Source of the DNA: Octopus sinensis
Taxonomy: Eukaryota
Reading direction: 5' to 3'
Length of the DNA stretch: 64,000 bases
NCBI RefSeq assembly: GCF_006345805.1
Contig: NC_042997.1
Span: 25,854,001 to 25,918,000, forward strand
Shown: one piece after another, positions 55,199-64,000 of the stretch
Layout: every line of letters begins with the position of its first letter
Numbering within the stretch: the first letter of the stretch is position 1
The notes under the pieces: generated by a model
Database searches by the model: none
What the model saw: only the letters and a program-made list of their open reading frames with translations
What the model was told of the DNA's origin: nothing
Position numbers and translations under genes: made by a program

Positions 55199-55945
55199 GG
55201 GTGTTCCCAAAATGCGTATTCAGTTTAGATAATTGTAATGTAGGTGTTTATCAAAATACGTTTCATTTTCAAAATTTAATAAAATCTTTAGAAATGATTT
55301 TATTGTTTTGTCAGCGCTTCTTTTGAAACTGACGTCCGTTCCGGTCCAGGCACTGCTAACAACGCAAAGCAATGGAATCGCAAACATCACGAAAGAATTC
55401 GGTTGCCATTTGTCATCATACTCGTTCAATGACTGCTCTCAAATCAGCGATTGTTGCCGGTTTCATAGCGTAGACTTTGTCTTTTTAGGTATACCCATAA
55501 AAAAGTCTGGTGTTGTGAGGTCAGGTGAACCCAGAGGATATTCAACGAAACCCATTAGTCTAATCCACCTGGTTGGTAAGATCTCATCAAGAAAGGATCT
55601 AACATCACGATGGTTGTGTGGGGGTGCCTCATGTTGCTCAAAATAAAACTCCTCATCTTCAAAGACTTCTCTAATTCTTGGCATTACAGACTGTTGCAGC
55701 AAATTCAAGTAAACTGCATTGTAGAGATTTGCATGTGGCAATTGAGAATATGTGCAGTTATGCATTTTCTGTGATTTTGGGGATTGATGAAGCCACATTA
55801 AAATTAAACACCTCAATTAACCGCCAAAATTGCAAATACTTGGGACCCCAGAACCCGCATATTACTAAGGAGTATCATATTAATTTATCAGGTATTATAG
55901 TATGGTTTCTTTACCACCAACGGGATTAAGTGGATTATACTGAAT
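55197..55945 (-). mobile_element. DD41D (rosa/Visitor-type) mariner-like transposon relic with an inverted internal segment
   Basis: Terminal ta|tagggtgttcccaaaat. Minus strand encodes [13 protein letters not shown]...FEQHEAPPH...SPDLTTPDFF and KDKVYAMKPATIADLRAVIE, with 41 residues between the 2nd and 3rd catalytic positions. The DEAT..LN.SINRQNC block lies on the plus strand. Confidence 0.85.
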
Positions 55946-55984
55946 CTCTTCAGTATGTTTACTATTCTATCTTACCTCATTATT

Positions 55985-56900
55985 ATTATCATTGCGCCAC
56001 CTGCAACGATTTCTGGACGCTGAGCATTTATGGTTTCTGTTTGTGAGAAACGTCCTTTTTGCAGCTTATCTCCTTGATAGAGTTGCAGTACTGGGTGAAG
56101 AAAAGACTGAGACTGGGAGCATGGAACCTAGAATATCGTCTGGCGCTCACAGCCCTCTACCAGTAGATGTTCTGCTTCAGTAATATGTAGAGAATTAGTG
56201 GCGAGGGGGTTAGACGACGTTCTTGGGAAGACTGAGCGTCAAAGAGAACGAACTGGCTCGTCTGTTCCAGAGGTGTCTATCATGAAAAGTTTCCTAATGT
56301 TCTTGGCCTGACAGTGCTACGGGTGTGCGCTACCGGCTTGAGACAAACTCTACAGGCACGGATCTACTGTCAGACGGTTTTGTCCAAGGTACACGCAGAG
56401 CCTTGAAATCGTTCTGCATGCACTTGTTCAGTGTTGGGATATTGCTGACCTGTGGAATTACATGGAACAGCTGTTCTTGCGTGTGAGCACGATCCGTTTA
56501 AAGCCAAGTCTATAGTGACGATTGCCCCATCGGGCAGGTAAGGCTGATTTTCCTTGCTTGATGACTATGACCAAAGAGGAAATATGAAAATACCTACATT
56601 TCACTGTGACTTTTCAAGTTTCACATGACAGAAAAGTAAGGGTTGAGAGGGAGATGCTGTCCTCGAGTGAGTTTATTGAAAGACGAGTGTCTTCTTTCTG
56701 TTCGTTTATGTATGAGTAATTTTCAGTAAATTGCCAAGAGTGAATGGTATCACTCTAAGTGTATAAGTGTGAGTCTCAGAAAAAGTAATTGAAGTGGGCA
56801 GTTTTTCTTGATGTTCAGGGAAATCTTGGACGGTGGCATTCTTCGATTATCCCTAGAGGTCATCCTGTATCAAGGTAACCACATCTCTATCATCTTTTCT
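55985..56900 (+). mobile_element. L1/Tx1-type LINE 3' fragment, decayed
   Basis: Remnant peptides LQYWVKKRLRLGAWNLEYRLAL and CPRYTQSLEIVLHALVQCWDIADLWNYMEQL (C-terminal CCHC zinc knuckle). Many stops and frameshifts. Confidence 0.7.
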
Positions 56901-56979
56901 TTTTTTACTATTGTATACTATATATACTTCCCTTATTTCTCTTTTGCATGCTATGCATGATTTATTTTTTATCATTTCA

Positions 56980-56985
56980 TTATTA

Positions 56986-57055
<70 letters not shown>

Positions 57056-57119
57056 CATCATCATTGTATTTTATTATTAGTATTATTATATTATTTTTAT
57101 TGTTATTATTATTATTATA

Positions 57120-57153
<34 letters not shown>

Positions 57154-57173
57154 GTTGTTGTTATATATATTAT

Positions 57174-57204
<31 letters not shown>

Positions 57205-57262
57205 TTATTATTATTATTGTTGTTGTTATTTTTATATTATTATTTTTATTATTATTATTATT
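56980..57262. repeat. (ATT)n microsatellite
   Basis: Directly visible; abuts a SINE A head. Confidence 0.97.
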
Positions 57263-57480
57263 AAAGCGAGCTGGCAGAACCGTTATACGCCGAGCAAATG
57301 CTTAGCAGCATTCATCCAACTATGCATTCTGAGTTCAAATTCCGCTGAGGTCAACTTTACCTTTCATCCTTCAGGTTCGATAAATTAAGTACCAGTGAAA
57401 TACTGGGGTCTACGTAATCGACTTGTTCCCTTCCCCAAAATAGCAGGACGTGTGTTTATAGCAGAAAGGAATATTATTAT
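57263..57480 (+). mobile_element. SINE A with alternative tail
   Basis: gcgagctggcagaaccgtt...gagttcaaattccgctgaggtc...gtaatcgact then a different tail ending aaaggaatattattat. Confidence 0.88.
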
Positions 57481-58051
57481 TTTTATTGTGAAAGAATTGT
57501 GTTATAGCTATTGTATTTGAAACTAGTCTTTGTGCAATGTCATCAAAATATTCTTCGATTAGAGAATTGTCCAACTTTTTAAATATACATGTTTATATAG
57601 CTTACACACACAGATATATACACACACTTATACATCGTTCATCTTTGTCATCGTGTCCTTTTAGATATATATACAGAGAGGATCTTATGTATTTCTTAAT
57701 CGTTAACTTGAACACTTTCTGAATATAATTCTAATAAAATAATAAAAGAAAAGAAAAAAAAAGCCTTGTTAAAATATTAATTTAAAATCTCAATTTTAGC
57801 TAATCAACGAAAGACAAAGGTAAACAACAAATATTAACGAGTTATGTTAGTGTTTTTCTTGTTTCATATCATTGCTTTCATACACGTGCGAATGTTTCTG
57901 TATCTGTGTGTGTGCATGCATGTATGCGTGTGCGTGGGGGGGGGGTGCTCAGTATGTGCGTATGCATGAGTGTATGTATAATTTGTTGTGTCTCTGCTTA
58001 CGTATCTACGTATGTGTTCCTGCATACGTGTAACTGATTGAATGTCATACT

Positions 58052-58128
<77 letters not shown>

Positions 58129-58178
58129 CGTATTATATATTATAAGCGTATATATATATATGTATATATATATATATG

Positions 58179-58228
<50 letters not shown>

Positions 58229-58231
58229 CGA

Positions 58232-58266
<35 letters not shown>

Positions 58267-59269
58267 ATATATATAATATATATATATATAAGCGTATATA
58301 TTTGTGCGCCTGTGTTTCTGTTTGCGTATATAAGTGGGCTTGTAATTATACTTGCACGTTATAGATATATTTATATTTATCTATGCATGCGTATGTATAT
58401 ATATTCCTACGCGCTTGTGATTAAGCGCTTACTGTGTGTATACGTGTATGTGATTTTGTGTGAGTTTGCATATAAGCGAGTCTGCTCCTTCTTCTTTCTG
58501 TCTTATAAGCATCTGTATACGTACATATGTGTTTGTTTGTGTATGCGTAATTTTCATTTCAGTAATTTTTATTCTACATTTACCAATTACTACTGCTACC
58601 GCAGCCACTCTCATTCATAGAACACCTCGTTTCCTGTTATAAAATGGAAATTTGCTTCGCATAGTGTTCCTTGCCTTTAACTGATTGGATGCTACGTATG
58701 TATTGAACCGTGAACGTCCATGCTGCTATTGTCGTTGTTCATGATGCTAAGACTGTTACTGATGTTAGGGTGCTTGTGGTGGTGATGATGGGGGGGTTGT
58801 ATTAATTATCGATATGTTATTAGTGGTAGCGGTTGTGATGGAGGCGAAAGCGGTGGTTATGGCACTTGTGGTGGTTGTTATAGTGGTGTTGATAATGCTG
58901 TTGTTGTGATGGTAGTGTTAGATATAGTGGTTGCAATGGTGATAGATGTGGTGTTATTGTGGTATTGTTTATGACGGTGATGGTGATGTCTGTGGTTGCT
59001 GCGGTAGTGGTTCTTATGTTGCCGCGGTAGAAGCAGTGGTATTTCTGAATTTGATAGCTATAGTAGTGTTGGCGGTGACAAGAGAGGTAGTGGCGGTGAG
59101 GGTCAGTTGGTAGTGGTCCTCATCACGATGGTTTATCTTTTGCAATGGTTGTGCCAATATTGCTCTTTGTGTCTGAATATCTCTGATCGGGCAGACGTAT
59201 GGTGATCCACACATGAACATCTTATTATATTTTTAAGTATAATATATATGGAACAATGATACTTTTTTC

Positions 59270-59475
59270 TATAGGCAGAACCCTTGAAATTTCGAGGGAA
59301 AGGGATAGTCGACTACATCGTGTTCGAGGGTCGACTGGTACTGATTTTATCGACAACAACAGACTGAAACACAAAGTCTACCCTGATGGAATTTGAAGTC
59401 AGAATGTAAAAACGGGCAAAATAACGTTAAGCAATTTGCCCGGCGTATTAATGACTCCTCCAGCTCGACGCGTTA
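59270..59475 (-). mobile_element. Degenerate SINE A
   Basis: Reverse complement reads cgagctggaggagtcattaatacgccgggcaaattgcttaacg...ttctgacttcaaattcc. Confidence 0.75.
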
Positions 59476-59514
59476 AATATAGGGAACAATATTAATCAAT
59501 GTGTCTGTGTATTT

Positions 59515-59785
59515 CAAAACAGTTGAATGATTTGAGTGAATATTTTGTTTTTGGATTTGGTTTGCAAGATTCTTTATTTGAGTTCGTGTGTTGAAGCATA
59601 TTGTGTTGTGTCTGGGGAGAGTCATTTTCTTTTTGTGCCATATAATGTAACACACTAACCGGAAAATTTCCACTTATCTCTTATTTTTATTTTTATTTAA
59701 AAAGAAATAAGTGGAAATTTTACAGGTGAGTATGTTATATGATAAGGCACAAAAAGAAAATGACTCTCCCCTGACACAACAGGAT
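59515..59785. repeat. Head-to-head palindromic pair of the 7995-8180 repeat
   Basis: gtgttgtgtctggggagagtcattttctttttgtgcc...aatttccacttat pairs with ataagtggaaatt...ggcacaaaaagaaaatgactctcccctgacacaac. Confidence 0.8.
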
Positions 59786-60708
59786 TTGAGTGAAGTTTAG
59801 CTGCTATTTCAACAGATGAAGTGACCACATTAAAACCTCATTAATTATTGGCGTAAATGTTACATGTGCCTGTGCTTGCGGTGTGTAGCGTACTGGGTGA
59901 AATTGTGGCAACGGTTTTCTTTCCTTGGTGTTGGTAATGTCGAAATGAATCACAGGAACTGGTAATGATAGTAGAGAAATTCTAGTGAACAGGCAGCAAT
60001 GGAGATAACGGTAGTATTTGAAGTGAAATGTTGTGAGATGCTGCTGTTAATATTATTCGTTGTAATGCTGGTGATATCGGTATTGGGGTAGCGGTTTCTG
60101 AAACATCCAAATACGCAATTAGCTGTACATTTTGCTATAAGCTATGCTGCGGTTTCATCAGTGTTACCGATTAAGACTGGCGACATAGAAAATGTGTGAC
60201 AAAGAAGGAGAGGAGTAAGATGGTATGAACCAATTGTTGCCGCTATTTTCCATTAACTCATTCACTCTGGCAGAAATTGCGCTATAAAATTATTTGTTAG
60301 TTTTCAGCTCGAACGAAACGGTTCCGTTTCCTGTTTTCTGTTGCTAGAGACGTTTGCCTCCCAGCAATCTAACGTCTTTATAATGCTCTGTAAAGCAAGT
60401 AAATCGTTGTCGTAAAAATCTTTAATTTTTTTACGTGCAAAAGTGGAACAAAAACGAACGAAATGCTTTTATTGTATTGCATGTATGTATATCTTTCTTG
60501 AGGATTTCACCGCTTATATACTTATAAATTCTCTCTCTATTCTCTTTTGTGCATCCATATATAACAGATTTAAATTCACAAATGCAAGCACACACACACA
60601 AACACAAACTTTATATGTATATACATATATATATTCATATATATATACATATATATATATACATATATATCTATATATATATACATATATGTATACATAT
60701 ATATATAC

Positions 60709-60739
<31 letters not shown>

Positions 60740-60866
60740 CATATATACACTTATATATATATACATACATATACATATATATATATATACATACATATAT
60801 ATATATATACATATATATACATATACATACATACATACATATACATACATACGTATATATATATAT

Positions 60867-63800
60867 AAAACTTAGATAAAACTTAGATATGTTTCGACCA
60901 GAGATTGGTCCAGGCCATGTCTAACTTAATAGCACCACCTGATAGGATTATTCGAATCCTGTTTAAGTCAAGTTTGTTCAAGTAGTGAGTTCTTGTTGGG
61001 TGAGTTGTATCCAATTATGGGTGGCTTGTCTGGTATTCTTTGAAGGAATCTATCCAGACTCTGTTGAAGTTGATGGGATCCTTTTCCTCTTTGATCTCCC
61101 TCGGGACAATGTTAAATAGGGCAGGCCTGTTGAGGAAAAGAAATTATGTTGCAGTGTACATGTACGTTGTGATCTTGAATTTGGCAGGGGACGTATAGCC
61201 TGTGGTCCAAGTCTCGGATGAACCTTGAAGCTAATGTTTAGGTCGTTTGGGCAAAGTTGGCGGTATATTTTCCACATCGTACAAATGATGTACCGCTCAC
61301 GGCGACGCTGGAGGGAGTAAAGTTTCAAGGCTTTAAGGCGATCCCAATAGTCGAGAGCAGCCATGCCTTCAATTGTTTAGTGAGAGCCCTCTGGGTGACT
61401 CAATTCTGGAGATGTTTTGTCTTGTGTGAGGAGACCACAGTGGGCAGCAGTATTCAAGTGTGGCCGTACAAAGGATGAAAAAAGTGGTATGATGACACTT
61501 GTTCTCTGGACCGGAAAGTTCTTAAGATCCAGGAACTCATCCTACGAGCTGTATCGACCTTCTTGTTGATGTGTGCACTCCAACTGAGATCGTCATCAAC
61601 AATTACACCCAGGTACCTGATATTGTTAGAGGCTGTGAGCGGTTCCCCTGAAGGAAGAGAGTATGGTTGTTTTAGTGAGAAATTTCTTCCAAAATGCATC
61701 AGCTCAAATTTTTCCCTCATTCAGTTGCATTTTGTTTCTGTCTGCCATTGACTCACAGCATATAGGTCAGACTGGAGTTGAGTTCGGTCTGCTTCTTCAT
61801 TGACGATTTGCTGGAGCTTAGTGTCATCAGCGAATATTTTCACTTTGCAGTGATGTACGACACTGGAAAGGTCGTTTACATAAATTATGAAGAGTAGCGG
61901 ACCCAAAACAGTTCCCTGGGGAACACCGCTGGTGACTTTTGCTGGGTTTGAGTGGACTCCATCAACTACAACATGTTGTGTTCTATTCGCTAGGAAATAC
62001 TGAATCCAGTGTAGAACTTTTCCACGGATTCCAACTTTGCCAATTTTGAGAGTAGGATGTTATGGTCTACCCTGTCGAACGCTTTACTGAAGTCAAGGTA
62101 TATGACGTCAGAGTTCGAACCTGTTCCCAAGGCTTTGAGTACATCTTCAATGTGGTGTAAGAGCTGTGTTAGACAGTCTCTGCCACAGCGAAAGCCATGT
62201 TGATTTGAATTTAGGAGTTTGTGGGTCTCCAGGAAGTCAGCTATCCTTGATCTAACACTCTTTCAAACACTTTAATGATATGGGAGGTGAGTGAGATTGG
62301 GCGATATAGTTGACTGCGAGGGATCTGTTTCCCTGTTTGAAAACCGGATGACCGACTGGGATAGAAATTTTTCGGTATATAACCTGCGTCTAACGAGTTT
62401 CTCCAGAGGTTGGTCAGAGGGACTGCAAGTTGATATCTACATTCCTTCAGGAGACTGGCGGGAAATCTATCAGGGCCTACAGCGGAGTAATGTTTGACCT
62501 CATTTATTGCTGCTACGATGTCGGTGGCAGTGAAGGTTATGTCTGCGATTTTGTGTTGGGAGTCAGCTTCGTTCGTTTCCCTCACATCAATATCAGTGGG
62601 AACACTGAGACAGAGCAATATTGTTTCTGCAGTATTTCTGCCATTTCTTTAGCATCGTGTTGGGGAATGCCGTTTTCATCAATCAATGGCCCAATAGGTG
62701 AGACAGTGGTTCTATGCTTATTTGCATAAGAATAGAACACTTTGGGTTCTGTTTGATGTTTTGATTACCCATTGTTCCTCCACAGCTCTTTGATTTTCAA
62801 TGGAGGTTTTCATGTTAGTCTGCAGATGAAGTTTTTCCAGCTCTAGTCTTTTCATTGTTGTTGAATGTGGATGTTGCGTGTGGGAATATTTTAATTGGTT
62901 GATTTATTTGTTGAGTCTTTTGATGCGCCTGATGAGTGTTTTTTTCTTTTTAGGGAGCCGGTTTCTGTTTGTGTTAGTAGATTTCTTGGGAGCGTGTTTA
63001 GAGCATGTGTCGGTGACAATGGTTTCAAAGTGCTGCCACGCGGTCTCAATATGAGGGGAATTGAGAGTAAAAGACCAGTCGATGGAAGACACATCCTTTC
63101 TGATTGTTCCCCAGTCCGCTTTGTGGAAATTTATGTTGTCAAATGGGTGCCATGGAGTGGGATTGGCTGGGTTGGTTTTATACGTCGGGAATTAAGATTA
63201 AGATGCAGAGTACCATGTCGTGGTCTGAGAGGAGAGTTTTTTCGACTGAAATGCTGTGAACGTAGCTAGAGTGATTGGTCAGTACCAGATCCAAGATCGT
63301 TTTATTCTGTCTCGTTGGTTCAAGCACTAGCTGAGTCAGGAAATACTCATCCTCAGATTAAAGAGCAGTTCTGCTGCTGCCCTATCTGATGTAGAGCACT
63401 TGCCTAACTTCGGAGTATTTGTGGGCCAGTTCCATGAGGGAGGTTTAAAATCACCCATCACTATTATGTTTCCGGAGTGGTACTTCCGAAGGAAGGACTT
63501 GACTTTGCTAAGGCACTCTTCAAAGTACTTTAGAGGTGCCTGGGGAGGCCTGTAAAGACCAACAATGGTTATGTCCTTGGCTTTGTTGTATACTGATACC
63601 GATTCACAGTAGCCATTGGAAAATGTGTCCTTGGCATCAAGTGAAAAGGAGTCATGGATAAAGATGGCTGTCCCTCCCTTATTTCGGTCTGTGCGATCCG
63701 CACGAACAATGGTGAAATCTTTTATTTCACCTCTGCGTCCATATGGGTGTTGTTCAGGTGAGTCTCGGTAAGGATAAAGAAAGGAAAGCAATGTGCCATT

Positions 63801-63927
63801 TCGGCAAGCCAACTCTCTATATATGGGATCTTCCATTTTTGGGCAATAATTGATGGGTTGATGCCACGTACATTTAACAGGAATGTCGAGGTAAGGGAAG
63901 TTGGTAATGGGTGAGTGGTCCTTGTGA
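60867..63927 (-). mobile_element. CR1-group LINE with near-complete but frameshifted ORF2 (APE endonuclease + RT)
   Basis: APE motifs FLLNVRG, ILTETHL, KGGTAIFI, GLYRPP, IVMGDF. RT motifs YRPISLTSHIIKVFE, GVPQGTVLGPLLF, IFADDTKL, LYSLQRRRERY. Has a 3' stem-loop and a tandem-repeat tail. No ORF1 is visible. Confidence 0.96.
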
Positions 63928-63965
<38 letters not shown>

Positions 63966-64000
63966 TATACACACCTATACCAGGTTCCCTTAATGATATT

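Noticed and set aside
60891-60920. Hammerhead reading of the LINE/SINE stem+GAAAC tails
   Set aside because: There is no CUGANGA box upstream of the stem. It is better explained as an RT-recognition hairpin.

Overview
AT-rich, microsatellite-saturated eukaryotic DNA. The repeat families match what I recall from Octopus assemblies, so it is most likely a cephalopod locus (inference). There is one 100-N gap at 34261-34360. Nearly all ORF-track entries are translations of (TA)n, (CA)n, (ATT)n or (CAT)n runs. The interpretable content is mostly transposable elements: three tRNA-derived SINE families (here called A, B and C); four CR1-group LINE pieces, including a ~3.06 kb copy with an almost complete but frameshifted APE+RT ORF2; an L1/Tx1-type LINE 3' fragment; two Tc1/mariner relics with DD36E and DD41D spacing; non-autonomous Helitrons; several palindromic MITE-like elements; and Penelope-like repeats with minimal hammerhead-ribozyme motifs. 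A few non-repeat segments with good splice signals suggest a minus-strand multi-exon gene at about 29.2-43.8 kb. I could not name it or fully phase it. The best leads are the hammerhead motifs, a covarying 3' stem-loop shared by the LINEs and SINE B, a LINE lineage sitting inside (TA)n, the DD36E Tc1 element, and the unannotated gene.
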